Source of the DNA: Zygnema circumcarinatum SAG 698-1b | Taxonomy: Eukaryota; Plantae; Zygnematophyceae | Direction of reading: 5' to 3' | NCBI GenBank assembly: GCA_037447605.1 | Contig: CM074806.1 | Coordinates: 992,001 to 1,056,000 of the forward strand | DNA: 64,000 nucleotides | Shown here: positions 24,781-38,600 of the stretch, piece after piece | How the letters are laid out: each line of letters starts with the position of its first letter | Position numbering within the stretch: the first letter of the stretch is position 1 | Notes under the pieces: generated by a model | The model's input: only the letters and a program-made list of their open reading frames with translations | Database searches by the model: none | What the model was told of the DNA's origin: nothing | Made by a program: the position numbers and the translations under genes

Positions 24781-27700
24781 CTAGGCCAAGTAACTGTAAA
24801 TTTGTGGGTTGTTCTTATCGCGCTCCAAGTATTCCCTGTCTATCAGGCTTTCTATTCTTTTCTTCAAATCAGCCGGCTTGATGGGGAATTTCAGCTGCAG
24901 GTGCCACGGCCAGATGTCAGAACGTGCTCCATTAAAAAGACAAAGGGCAACCAAACAAGGATCATAGAGTCTGTGCGTCTGCGCCATGAAAGGAGCTTGC
25001 AGGTGATGGGTAGAAGGATCTAAACTTACTTCAGTGCAGCTGCATGGAAGCAGCACTGATCGTATACACAGCAGCATAAATTAGGACAAAAACGAAAAAG
25101 CAAAAAAAAAACAGGGGAGGGTTCCCACATGCAGGGGGAGGGAGTGAGGGTAAACCTGCTGGAAGAGCTCTGTGATTAGCAAGGTGTGGCTTAGAACTTT
25201 CCGTGTCTTCATGATACGCACAATGGCTGCATCAATCTGCGCTCCTCTCACATATAACCGGCATTAGTTGAGTTTAGTATACGAGTATATGAGTTTATGA
25301 GTTTATCTAATGCAGTGCAATGTACAAATGATTTGAGATGCATTCGTGTGTGCAGGCCTGCTTAGAAATCACAATGCAAACTATTGAAAAAGACGAAGGC
25401 AAGAAACCTGATACTGTCGATCCTGGAACACTCGCTCAGTCGTACTGTTGTTCTCCTCCACAGTCTCTTTCAGCTGAATCGCATTCACCTGCTCTCACAA
25501 CCCTCCAGCTCAACACTTCAGCAATGTGTGCTACACATTCGCTCCTCCTAGAGAACCGCCAATAGGGAGTCCAGTAAGATCATTAACTTCAGCTCACTGA
25601 CCTTAATGCGGAATAATGGAGCTGTGAAGTCTGTGTTGAATTCGAATACATCATCATCCTCCACATCACGCCCTTTGGGAATCTGCAGCCAAACAAAATG
25701 AACCGCAAGGTGACTCATAACTAACAGTATCCCATATTGACTACAGCATCATTCAAGCCAGGACTATACAAAATAAGTTCAAAGTAGATTGAGAAACACA
25801 ACATAGATTGCTGATACAACCTTTTACTGTTTCAAAGCTGACATTGAACGGTGCAGCAACGTATTCAGAACTCCTCATTTGATCAATATCGCACTCACAG
25901 CCCTTCCCACTTTTCCATAGTCCTCGTAACAGCCCAATCGCTCGTCTACACCCGAAGCAAGCTACTACAGACAGGCAGAAATTACTGCGTTCTGACCTTG
26001 TTAAGGACCCGCACTTTGCCGCAAGCAAGAGACTGCAGAGTTCGCCTTAATTCTTTGTCTTCTATGGCTGTCGCGTCACGCATCTCCGCCAGACTCATCT
26101 GATTGGTGCTGTTGAATAGCATCAACACTACCGTCTGCCAATCATCCCACCCCCTACTGGGTGCTGTCAAACAACAGCCTTTTCCCACTCCACTGAGTGA
26201 AGACTTCTGAGGACGGGAGTGAGATAGAAAGCGAGAGGTGAGGAAGAGAGAGAAGAACGAGAAAAGTAAAACATAATGAAAAGAATTGGGACCAAAGACC
26301 TGCCTGGAACAAAGACACAGCGAGCTCTTTTTTTCCGCGAGGAAAATCAGCCTTCAGCACACAATGGCCGAGGGAGTTTTGCCACATGAGACGCCTTCCG
26401 CTGTGCTTGCTGAGATAGAATTCCTTGAAAATATCCTGCAACAGTGGATGGCAGCGAGGAAGGAGGCTCATCAAGAAGTGCGAGGGAGGGGCGCAACACC
26501 TCTCACTGCCTTAACCAAAGGGACTACTACCCAACGTTTCCTCTGACTCATCTATACGAGGAGCAAATTGTTGAGCTTGTCTACAAATCTTTCACAGATT
26601 CTGCTTTGATTTTCCGGGATGATTTTATAGGGCATATGAATTAGTCGAGCTCCAAAGTCTTCTAGAACCTATCCATACCTGATAGGAACTCAGCTCCAAA
26701 GGGAGACGCACATCCATGGGAGGATAAGATGGCCAGTAGCTGTAAGGAGGCCACCCCCATTGAAGCACGAATAAAGTTCAGAGAAAGGATTCCAAGGTAC
26801 AGAGCTTCCTACTGACATACAATAGGTCAGTTGACCCTCCCTACATGAAGACTTTGAGATAGCTTTGAACCCGGCAATAAATTCAGAAAAAAAGCCCGTC
26901 CAAGTGATTGTATTCCTAGACTACTATACAGGACATGAGAGCTTCAAGGTGTAGTTCTCACCCTGTTGTGAGGACATGCACACTCATCTCTATGCCCTGT
27001 GGCAGCTTATGTCGAGCCTGCGCAGACTGCCGGAAAGACTCGTTGATTTCTCGAGAAAGTTCTATGTCCTGTTCCACACCCCTCTCTCCGTAGCTCCCCT
27101 CAGCATGGAGCAGCTCAGAGCAGCTCATTTCATTCTCAGGCAGGTTTTGTCCAAAAGGTAACCGGAACAAAGTTGTCTTTGATCTATGTGTAAGCCCACC
27201 TTGAACATGCCCTCCAGCTTGTTGGTAAATTGACTGCCACACTCTGTCTTCAACTGCACGAATCAGAGAACCGGAACATACATGAGTTAGCAACCATGGC
27301 CAGAAAAAGGACCGAGGGGAGGGGGAGGGGGAGGGAGGGAGGGAAGGAGGGAGGGGGGGGGCAGGGAAAGTGGGAGAGGGAGGCAGGGAGGGAGGGGGAG
27401 GGACGGAGGGAGGGGCCAAGTTATGGAAAGGCAGCGTGCGGGCCAAAGCATTAAGGTAGGAGAGGAGAAAGGGAGATAGGAGACAGGTTAAGGTCTACCT
27501 TGGAGATGAGCGCTTTCTCAGCATCTGTGGAGGCACTTTTCCCAAGAAGCAACCGTTTGGCGAGGTCCTTTTTGTAGAATGCTTCAAACACATCCTTACC
27601 CTGCATATGTCATGACAAAGTCAAGTTTTAGTCCATAAATACTTAGGATAGAACACAAGCCATGACGTAATCTCACCAGCACTCAAGGAAGGTAGTCACC

Positions 27701-30700
27701 TGAATAAACCGGAACATCACCAGTACCCGATCCAATATGCTCTCCAACTCCTCTTCCGAAGTTCCCTTGTTGCCTGCTCTCAGTTTTGCATCGATGAACT
27801 TTGCAATTAGCTCTGCCGGTCGGTTCTGCACAGCCGCCTCCCACAAGCGAAGCTTGAGAGAGCTCTGAGCCCACAAAGGTTGCAGAGTGGAACCCACTAC
27901 ATCCTTATTCCAAAGCAAAGCAGCAGTCAGCCTCTCACTCTCTTCCCCCTCTCGCCCAGCTGCTCCCATCCCAGTCCTCTCTCGCCTTGCTACCTGCCGC
28001 ATGTTGATAAGGTGCTCAAACGCCTCCTTTATGCTGTTGGCAAAGGCTTCATTGCGAGCAAAGCTCGCCTCCCAGAGAGCGTCAAGCCGCGCCTTCAAGT
28101 CAAGCAAAAAGGGCACGAGGTCCTTGTCTTTCTCCTCATCCATCACAGTGCTCTGCCCTGAGCTTCTTATGTAGGTGCCCAAGGAGACTCTCAGAGCATC
28201 CAAGGCATGTACTCTCGCCAGCAGGGCATACATCCGATGAAGGTCAGGGGCTCGGTTGGCATCCATCAGCATATTGAACCCCTGCAGGGCATAGAAGTAG
28301 TGCATCCATTTAAGAGATGTGGGGTGGAATACAAGGTAATGAAGACATTCAACTTCGGCTAATCCACTTTCTGGAAACAGAGGAGATCGAACTGCTCCTT
28401 TAGTAGCCTCCATAACTAGGTTAAAGCTTTGCACCTTGTCCAGGATAGTAGCGACGTGACGCTCCAATAACTGCTTCTCCACTGCTGCCACAAGGGGCTT
28501 TCGGGTAGCAGCGTCCAAGTAATGAAGGCACCGCTCATTCTCTTCTTGCAGCCGTGCCTGCCAAGGCCACAAAAAACCCTCGATCAGAGAGTCTTACAGT
28601 TGATTTTCCTTCTATTCTTCCTTCCTGGTATTTCTGAGCAACTCCCTAAGTTCACCTATTTAACAACTTCTCGGCTATCGACAGCCTGCAATCAATCGTT
28701 GGCAGGCTTATAAATCTTTTCGTTAGAGGGAAAAGAAAGAGAGGCGGGGTGACACGTGATGAAAAGACGAGTAGGCATGCAGCACCTACCTCGCAGTGCT
28801 TCAGATAATCCGGCACGTCAGCCTGCTGCATGAAGCGTGTTCCTTCAGCTGCATAAAACTCCGCGGTCGCTTCAAGAAATGGACGCTCAAAGCTATCTGC
28901 ATACATTCCCAATGCACTGAAGCATCGTAGCAAATGTTTCAGAAGCGTTCGATCGACCGATTCCCCAGACCTGCCGCGATGCAACCCACACGAGAGAACA
29001 GATGTTTGTCAGAACAAATGTCGCTCGAAGCACCCAAACTAAGACCCATTGCTGTTATGTGTGCTTCAAGAGCAAATACGAGCTCACAGGTTGAGTCAAG
29101 AGAGAGCTCTAAGCTGTGGAAACTCTCTCCCACTCCACAATTTCCTCTCCCTTACCGTTCCTGCTCGATGAGCCTGAGAAGCCCAGCTACTGTCTTATTC
29201 TCCACCTCCGGCAGTCTCTCCAAGTGGCGACGAAAGAGTTGAAGACCCATGTCCCACAAGGATCGCACAGAGGCCGTCTGAATGACAAAGGTGCGGTCAA
29301 GGTAAAGCGCAATGCTGCGAATCATCAGCATTTGGTCGCAGTGCTCCTGCCAGCATGCCTCCACACTGGTAAGGAATATCACTGGATCGGGGCTCTGCCC
29401 TATGAGGGACTTCAGCCTGCTTGCGATGTGCTCTTCGCACACGTTTTGAAGGTTTTCGTAAAGGCGACCAGCAAGCTTATGCAGGCACAAGTCCTCCACT
29501 GCCTGCATATTCTCTCCCAGCCCCCCGGCCCCCAAGAGAAATTAAGTTGTTTGACGCTGGATGGGTGGAGATGAGAAGTTCAATTACAATTTGAATATAG
29601 GGCGAAGTTTTGGAGGCAGTATAGAGGAACTCTCAGAAGACTCGTAAGACTCACTCAGGCCATTGGTCATTCCAAACTCGTTTTCATCTACCAACCTATT
29701 CTACAACTTCAACTCCATCCTCGTCAAAAACTGCATGGTAATTACGCTGCTAAAGGAAAATTTTATCCGGGGATCTGCAGTTGACGCAGAAAATCTTCCC
29801 TAGAAGTTGGATGGTCTTTTGTGAAACACTTTGTGCGTCGGTAAAAGGGACAAAGAGCGCCGGAGCATGTCCTTAACGGGAGAAAATATATCCTCGGAAG
29901 AGGCTGTAGTCGGCACAAGCACTTCTTCCGGCTTAAACATTGCTCCGCACCCTGAAGCTCCAGAGTTGGGCTATCCATTTCTAACAAGCCCATGGTCACT
30001 CACACAGATTTAACTTTTTCACAGAAATTGACTCTTTTCATTTGGCTTCAATTTTATGCTGTCTGAATGCCGCCAGTGCCCATAAGACGACTTTCTTCCC
30101 CCCCGAAACGAGAAATAAAAAATAGTCTGTCAACAGCGAGCGTAAAGTCCTAAATTCAGAACGAGGAAACTTGAAAAGCCCTAATACCTAAAAGTTGTAG
30201 AGGAGACTATGTTGACGACTATTGCTGACACGCGCCGGGCCAAGGTTGCTAGTACATAAACATGGAACAGTCGCTCACCCTGTATAGCTCTTCAAGACTG
30301 CAGGAAACAGCCTGCTTGTGCTGGATGGCTTGCACGGCTTCTCGAATCTTCCCCCAAGTAACTTCCTCAAATCGGTCCGGCAGCTTGGGTCGCTCTGCAA
30401 AGCATGAGAGAGAGGACAACGGATAACAGTGAGATAAAGTCCTTCGAATGAGCTGTTGCTGCAAAAGGCGCCCTTCGAGGCAATGCATGGCACCAGCATC
30501 ATTTCTAGCTGCTAACCCATGTTTGGTCTGCGCGACTGCGGAAACTTAGGTTTAGACCTAAACTGCTACAAAATCACCTTTAAATGGCTTTATGGTGAGC
30601 TTCTTTGAAGGCTGCGGAGGCGTCGTTATCCTTCTTGATAAGTTCGCAGCCATGCTGCTTCCGGGCACCGTAGCTCCATCTAACGGCTCCCCCCCCCCGG

Positions 30701-30884
30701 AGCCCGGCTCTGCGGGAGCGCGCGTCTTTAGGTCAAGGCACACGGAGGTCGTGCCATCCAGATGCCCTGCTGCTCCCAGAAAACCCTTATCTAAACCGTC
30801 TCCCCCCTTCGGCTTCTTCCCGGCGCCAAACATGCTGCCAGCAGCGTCGCAGTTGGGCCGCTTCTTCCGGTTTCCCTGCGACAT
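24781..30884 (-). CDS. CUL4: Cullin-4, multi-exon
   Basis: KKLTIKPFK|..[29 protein letters not shown]|[92 protein letters not shown]|YWP and the neddylation domain [13 protein letters not shown]...[14 protein letters not shown]...YLA*. Confidence 0.97.
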
Positions 30885-31922
30885 GAAAGATCAGGAGGCT
30901 CTCCGGCCTACCTCTGTCCTGCGCCCTTCCTCACATAGCCGCCGTTTCCGTGTGACAGCCTCCAGGATGCAACCCTACCGGCTCCTGCCGCATTGCTCCT
31001 GCTCATTCGCCCCACCCCCCTGCTCCACTCTACCGTCCCTCGCAACCCTAATCGTACTGTCCTTCAGCTCCTGCCCTTTCCTCCGCTGCCCTCCCTTCCT
31101 GCCACGCAACAGGCAGCCAACAACTGCAACTTCCACTCTCTTCCTCTCCCCTCTCTCTCTCTTTCTCTCTTTCTCTCTCTTCCTTTCTCCCTCTCTGTCG
31201 TCCCCTCCTGCTAGGCGCGAGTGCGCCACAGAGCGCCACGTGTTGCAGAGCTCTGGCTATGGCTGACGGGAGGGCGCGCGGAGGGGACCGAGGGGCCGAG
31301 TTGGTGGACAGGCAATGTACCGTGAAACCGGACAGGGTAAGAAATTGAACGAGTTTGCTTAATTATTTCTCAATTCTCAATCTTATTGAACAGGGTTGAA
31401 CTTTGAACACTTGACGTCGAAACTTTTTCAATTTAAGAAAGCGAAAAGGTTTAAAAGAAAAGTTCAAAGACTCAATGTTCACGTGCGGATTCCACTTTTC
31501 GCCACGTTGGTTCCGTGAGATTCGAGGGATCCGGCTACAGTTAACCCGAGCGTAGTTTTTACCGTACGACTCTTCAAGAGAGCCGATCAACAATTTCTGT
31601 ACCCTCCGGGTCCACGCTTTGCGATCAGCTAAAATCTCATTGTTGATCAGTGGACCCAATGAAAACTCACATTGAACACGAACGACAATCATTTGTCCAA
31701 TGTTCAATTGGTTCTCCATAAAAATTGTACTGAGGAAAAAGTTAGGAATTCATTTCACATTTCTGAAAATGAATCGTGTTCACAAACATAGGGTTTTTTT
31801 TGAGGAACTGGTTTTGAAAGTTTCTGTTAGAGGAGCCAAAATCTTTAATTTCTATTTTTCTCAACCTGTTCGGTGTTACGGTATGTGGCGCTTGCCAGGA
31901 CAGGAGGGGCTGCGTCTCGTCC

Positions 31923-32097
31923 GTACATTATGTACTTTTGTACGGGTCCAAATGGTACAAATGTGTACAGTACTGTACCTGCACAGTGGGGCGACCTGTC
32001 TGTACTGTCTTTACCGGACCTACGGCGAGCGGGGCTCTGGATGGCTGACGGCCGTCCAGATGTGATCGGACAGCGCAGAGCTCACCAGCGCGTGTAC
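31923..32097. promoter_or_regulatory. Cluster of GTAC motifs (SBP/CuRE-type core) in the CUL4/RH47 divergent intergenic region
   Basis: GTAC at 31923, 31932, 31940, 31955, 31965, 31970, 31975, 32002 and 32094. Confidence 0.4.
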
Positions 32098-32468
32098 GGC
32101 AACGTGTTATCCGTGCATGGACGATGGGGAAACCGAGGATTTGGTTCGATTTAGGGCGCCGAAAATCTGGCGGTTTGGAAGATTAATAAAATTGACGCGA
32201 TTTTTTAGGGCGTGGATAAAATTTGCATATTTTTAAGACGCTAAACTGCATAGAGCGCTTGTTCGTGAACTGGATGAGGCTCGTTCCATGTGAGATTTTT
32301 GTAAGAAACGTTCCAACGGGGATTTTCAAACTGAGGGCTGATAGAAGCCCTAATCTGTGAGGGACTGCTATACTTTGGCTTTGGCTACCTTCGGCTCTCT
32401 TTCTTTCTCCCACTCTCTCTCTCTCTCTCGCTGGTCTGGACGCTGCTCTCACTGAGAGGGGATCACCC

Positions 32469-35400
32469 ATGGCGCTCCTGAATGGGACGCCATTTCCTGC
32501 TATGAAGGCCCTTAGACTGTGCGGGCGAGAGCTGATTGGCGAAAAGGGGCTGTCGGGAGTCCTCGTCCGCGCAGCCGACAGTATTCGCCCACCGGCTGCC
32601 TCTATCTCGGCAGGAATAAGGGCGGGGGAAGGTTCTATCGGTGACAGCCACGGCGTAAAGCCTGGAAGCTCTGCTTTGCAGAGAGGGCGGAGACAGCTGT
32701 CCACTACTCCCGTAGTGCAGGCCCTGCAAGGGGGTTCGACATTGGAGATAACACGGGAGGAGGAGGCGCAGAGAGAGGGGCTACAGTCGGAAATCTCGTC
32801 CTTGAGCAGCAGTTCGTTATCGAGAATTCAGACTGCTCCAAGCTCCCCTGCGGCTTCAGGGCGTGACTTCGCCTCCTTGGGCTTGTCATCGGCAGTTCTG
32901 AGTCAAATGGAATTAATCGGACTGAACAAGCCGACTCCAGTTCAGGCTTCAGCAATTCCGATTCTTTTGCAAGGTTCGGTTCAGTAGACACAGCATGGCA
33001 ATCCTTTACCCTGCTCCAGTAATGTTGCGCAGCCTAATTTCTGGAAAAAATGAAAATTCAAATTCCTAAACTCGCTAAGTTTTTCTGCAATTCGCCAAAT
33101 GTCGAGAAATTCGATTGGACTAGGTTGCGCTCCACTTTGCTCTACAGTTGTTGGGGATGTCTTAGTCCAATGACAAGGTTGCAGCCACTTTCTCCCGGCT
33201 CTATTGACACCATTTCTTGTCTAAGATAGGAAAAATTTGCAAGATGGCATGGCCTTCAAGTCATGCTTACGCACTTTGAAATAGGGTAGATTCCTACGGC
33301 CATTTTGGCTTTTTCCAAACGGTGCTTCTGCTTGTTGCAAGCCGCATGTCCCATAAGGTTGCATGTTTGTAGACTCCACGTATTTCGTGTTCGTTATGTG
33401 CTATATTTTAATTGGAATCAGACAGAAGGAGCCATCTGTATGTGCGGTTTGGCTTGTTATTGCTCTTCTTCCTTCCCATTCGTCTCAGGCAGTCCAGTAA
33501 CCGTGTTGTGAAGGGCTCAGGGGCGCAGGTCGTGACGCTGCCCTTCAGTCTTACACAGGTTCTGGGAAAACTCTAGCGTATCTCCTGCCGCTTCTCTCTA
33601 CTGTGGGCCCGTTAGCGGATATGAATGAAAGCTCTGAAGGCGGGTATGCCGCAGGGGTGAAGCAGGGAGCAGTAGGTGTGCAGGCGGTTATAGTTACACC
33701 ATCACGTGAGCTCGCCATGCAGATAGTGCGAGAGGCAGAGCGCATTTTGGGTCCACAGCTGAAGGTGAGACTTCTTTTCAGAACCCTCTGCAATAGAAAG
33801 ATTTCACATTTCGATTGCTCTGTGTAAGTGAATTATGCCATTTCTTAGCGATGTACATGTCACTGGTTGTACTTCCAGAGAGCTGTGCAGCAGCTGATTG
33901 GAGGAGCCAACATGCAACGGCAGGAGGAAGCTCTGAAAAAGCTGAAGCCGACCATTGTGGTTGGTACGCCGGGGCGTATCTCAGAATTGAGCCGCACAGG
34001 GCGTTTACAAACACACGGCTGCCGGATGTTGGTGTTGGATGAGGCGGATGCGCTGCTTTCACATGCTTTTCGGCTTGACATGCTCCGGATTCTCGAACAC
34101 GTAGGCCATCGGAGGTTGTGATACTGCTCCCTGCCTGTTTGATTGGAAGGATGTCAAGGTGGAGAAGGGAGGGGGAAGCAATGCTCGCCTTTACTAAACA
34201 TACTGCACCTTGACAGTTACTGTTCATGTCTTGGCAGAGTGAGAAAATGTTCCGACAGTAATTCTGCCGATTGAAATATATTCTTGGTTATCCGTCCCTT
34301 TGATCAGGATCTGACACGAGGGCTGCTTTTAGCAGACTGCACAAAGCTGGTTTTTTAACTTCAGGGTAACGTTTGGGCCTTCTGAGCAGGTCAGCAGTAT
34401 CACAAGAATCAAGAAAAGGTGACCGGGCTGAGCGACAAACGGTGCTGGTATCTGCAACCATGCCTCCTGCTGTCCTTGAGGCAGCTGCTCAGTGGGGCCA
34501 CCATCCTTTGCACATCGTTCCAGGAAAAGATGCGGTTGAAACAGGCGCAATCCCTGTAGAAACTCCTTCGACAAATGCTGGTACAGGACCTGTAGCGGGG
34601 ATTGGAGAGAGCCTACCACCTAATCTGAAGCACTGGTGAGTTCATGCAGATTATGATAGCTGGTGGAGTCTGAGGGATGTTGTGAAAGCGTACAAGCCAG
34701 ATCGGGATTGGCTGTCCGTCTTTCTTGTGTCAGAAGCCAACATCTCTGCTTAGATCTATTCCACAATGATAGGCCTGATAGGCTTGGGCAGTTAATTCTT
34801 TGAACTTCTCAGCTGCCATAGTTCAGGGCTGCTCTTGAAGGAGGAGCACCTCAACCTCTATTATTTTGCCACTGTGCAGGTACGTAGTGGCACCTCAGCG
34901 ACATAAGCTGGATGTGGTTCGCCGGAGCGTTTATGCTCTCAATGCAAAATGTTGTATGGTCTTCATGAACTATGGTCGACGCCTCCAAGACGCACAGTTC
35001 AAATTGAACGCTCGAGGCATCAGCGTAGACAGCCTTCATGGAGGAATGGGCAAGGTGGAAAGGTCCAATGTATTGTCATCCTTGAGGTGAGTTTGTAAAC
35101 CTGTCATCCCAGCGAGTGGGCAAGCGGGAAGCTGCATTTACGTAAGGGGATTCCTTCCAGAAATGAACATGTAGGAAACTGGAAAAGGACTTTTTTGCAG
35201 GTTGAGTCAAGTTTAGGATCGACGACCCCTAATTTGGCAATTTGTGGTGGCTGAAGGCTGGGCAAGCTGCAAGTTCTCGTTGTGAGCGAGGTCGCAGCTC
35301 GAGGCGTGGATGTGCCCGAATGCGACCTGGTGGTGAATTTAGAGCTGCCCACGGACGGCTCTCACTATGCGCACCGTGCAGGACGCGCCGGGCGGCTGGG

Positions 35401-35545
35401 AAGGCGTGGCATTGTCATCACTATTTGCGAGGAAAGGGAGGAATTCGTGATCCAGAAGTTGGCCAGGCAGCTGGGCATCTCCATAGCCAGGGGAGAGCTC
35501 GTGGAGGGGAAGCTCCTGCCGTATGAAGGCAGGATGAAGTATTAG
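32469..35545 (+). CDS. RH47: DEAD-box RNA helicase, RH47-like (organellar)
   Basis: Q motif (PTPVQASAIP), SYTGSGKTLAYLLP, TPSRELAMQI, VVGTPGRISEL, LVLDEADALL, VSATM, LHGGMGKVER, EVAARGVDVPECDLVVNLELPTDGSHYAHRAGRAGR. The N-terminus looks like a transit peptide. Confidence 0.88.
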
Positions 35546-35670
35546 GGTGACGATCTTATGTTGAGATGTTTTTATTAACAGAATAAAGTTTCCTTCCATC
35601 ATATGTGCAAAGCTTCTATCTCAGAAAGTTACTATGTTTGAAAAGAGCTGTGCTCTTAATGGGCCCCGTT

Positions 35671-38600
35671 TTAGCCTCCCAAGGGAAGGTGGTGTATGAC
35701 AGGAAGGCGCCGCCTTGGAGGGAAGTGCAGCACTCCGAGCAGACGCAGCTCTGCAGCAGCACGCATGAATCGCCCTCTGCATAGGGGAAGTGGAGTCAAG
35801 GGAAAAAGTCTGCTCCAAACAAAACCAAGCCAACAATTTTGCAACTGATTTAAGCTGCCTGCTGAGTACCGTACATTCCTAGACTTGGCAGGCGTGAATA
35901 AAGGATACTGAACCAACAGGCGGTCCTTTGGAGACAATGGTGTTTGAGAAGAGGCGTCTACTTCCTCCTGAGAGCGCTTTCGCGCTCGTTTGGCAGAGGA
36001 GCGCCCACCACTCTCCTGATATTTTCCGCCCTTCTTCCCGGTCACATGCTCCAAAAAGTCTTTATACCACTCCATAATGTTCGTCTTTTCACAAGGCTGG
36101 CGCCGGCACAGCGCATACCTGCATCACAAAAAAAAAATAATACATTTGACTCTACTTGAGCAGTGCGTGTGTTTGCCTGCTTAAGGTCATCCGGCACTCT
36201 CAATTCCGGTGGCGAAACGGTGCTCTCAGCGCTTTTATTGTGAATATTCTTTAATCATTTCAGTGTGTCACCTAGGAATGCAAAAAGGAGGGAGAAAGCT
36301 TCGTACGCGAGACACGTGTCAGGCAAGGGGATTTCTGGGCCATCATTTGGAGCTGTCACGGGGCTCAAACTCGTCTCTGGTCGGAGCAAATCAGTTCCAA
36401 CTGCAGAGCGCTGATCTGGAAACATCGACTGCAAAAGGCAATGCAAGACAGCAATTTGAGCCATTTGTCCTACTGAAACGACCTCTGAAAGGAGTATTCA
36501 TTTTTAAGAAGGTAAAAATAGGTGAAATGGAGAAAGTGAGGGGCAAGCAAGCACCTTGCAGAGTTCCGCGCTGAATGTTACACAAAAAAACGCATGTGCA
36601 GGCTCTTCTCCCCACAGCACACTGGCATCTCTGCACATCCAAGGTTCGATCCTAGGTTAAGTTTTTTGGGAAAAAAGCGGACTCAATGGAAGATCGAAAA
36701 GACGGTGATCATGGTTCAAGAAGGACTAAAACAGAACATTGATAAAAGTCAATAATTTCAACACCAAAATAAGCTGCAGAGAAGCTTGAAGAGATTGGAG
36801 AGAGAGGGGGCTGCTGCACCGAGCCACTCGACGTAGGAGAAGCAGAAATGGCTTGCCGCCTCTCCGGGGCATTGCAATAGAAGGCCCAGCTTTTGAAATC
36901 ATGGCCCTGCATTGCAGTGAAGGGCAAACCCTGTTACCGAGACCGAACTTCAAAAGTATACGGCACACTTTCAGATGAGAAAGGTAGCGAAGCCTTGTAT
37001 GTGATCAGATAACAGGCACCAAAAGTACAAGTCTAGCACACATGACTATCTCCTCTCGAGGGGTTTGGTTTCCTCTTTCTTCGTTATTCAACTGCAAGGA
37101 TATGCTTTTGGAGGTCACCTGCGCCGCATTTGCGCACTGAGCCCGAACTGCGCTCGTGTGCTCGCCTTTACAGCTGTATTGCCTTGGTGAGAGTTGCCAG
37201 CTACCTGCTCCTCTTGAAGGTCCTGCTGCTCTCCTTCAGTCAAACTTCTCCGTAGAGACTGAACGTCCGGCAGAATCTGGCAACATCACAGTGCAGCTAA
37301 AGACATCGTCCATCAGCACGAGCATCGCAGCAGCAATATCTTGCAGTTGCTTTGATTCGACATTTTCTGAATGAATCTGTGGAGAGACTCGCCTCGTTGC
37401 CTGGGCTGCTGCTAAGATAGTCCTCCCACTTTGCTAGCAGAGCGTCCAGGGCTTCCTCTTGAATATCCCTGCGTTCCCAACCCAAAACCCAAATTTCCCT
37501 CTGCTGTATGAGTTCACTCGTTAAGTAGTGGAGCTTCAACAAGCGTGAATGCGGCCATTTAAGAACCGTGAAAAAGTGCTCTGAATGCTGAACCAATTTG
37601 CTTGTCTCTAGCCCTTGGTTGTGCTGTAAAGGATGCCCTTTATTCGCACCCTAACGCTGAAACACAGGCCTCTTCCACCTTCTTGCATTCAACCGCCGTG
37701 GCCAAAAGGCCGCCACGTGGCACCGCCTTAGCGGCCTCTGAAGCCGCGTATAAGCACTGCAGGGACAGTCCTCTCCCAAACGGAGAAGAAGTCAACCTCG
37801 AGCACTAACTATACTCCTCACAGCAATACCAGGTATCCATGTCTATTTCTATTTTCTCGTGCATAGAGTCCACTTACCAAAAGTGCACAGCTCCACTGCC
37901 GCTGCCTGTGCTGCCAAAGCCGCAGGGCTCCCTCAAGCTCATCTTTTGTTAATGGTTTTGAGCTGCACAGCACATACTCTTGATAATTAGTTAGGGATGC
38001 ACGCAGAGACTGCATGTCTGCAGCTCAATGGAAGAACAAGATAGCTATTTTTTCAAAGTATTGACGCATCCTGTTGCACCATAGTGGGCGTTCACCTACA
38101 GCTGCAGAGCTGATGCCGCCATTTCAGTGAACACTTGAGGCAGCTGCTGAAAACGACCCTCCAGTAATCCCTGCACCACAAGCTCCTTCTTTTGTTAGCT
38201 GGAAAGCTGCTGAATGAAGTCCAACGTTCATTTTATGTGATAAAATGGGTAAATCTCCACACTTAAGACACGATCAGTGGAAAATTCTTAAGTTACCTGA
38301 CCTTCAGTCGAGGTGAGCAAGTGACAGAGCGCACTCAGAGGCTGTCTAGCAAAATGATCCATTGTGGCCATCTGTGAAAATCAACCCCCCCTCCGAAATT
38401 CAATGCGGAAACTGCTCGCAAGGTCTCTGAAAGAATTCAAAGCTTCAGCAATGACCAACACAATCTATATCCAAAAATAGGGCAAGTAGAGCCATACAGA
38501 CCTTCAAGCAGCGAATGAAAGCTGCCACTGTGTGATCATGGGATTCAGTGTATTCAAGAAGGAACTGCATGGCTGTCTGGTTGAGTGCCATGACTGCATG

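Noticed and set aside
30592-31266. 224-aa plus-strand ORF and other long antisense ORFs over CUL4, FIB, GT2 and CNOT10
   Set aside because: These are shadow frames of GC-rich coding or low-complexity UTR sequence, with no recognisable motifs.
36643-36653. B-box-like GGTTCGATCC suggesting a tRNA or SINE
   Set aside because: No upstream A box or cloverleaf; it lies within ORC3.
37094-37103. ATATCCTTG on the ORC3 strand resembling an AT-AC U12 donor
   Set aside because: It lies a few nt inside an intron that already has a GT donor consistent with the frame, and I found no matching AC acceptor or branch site.
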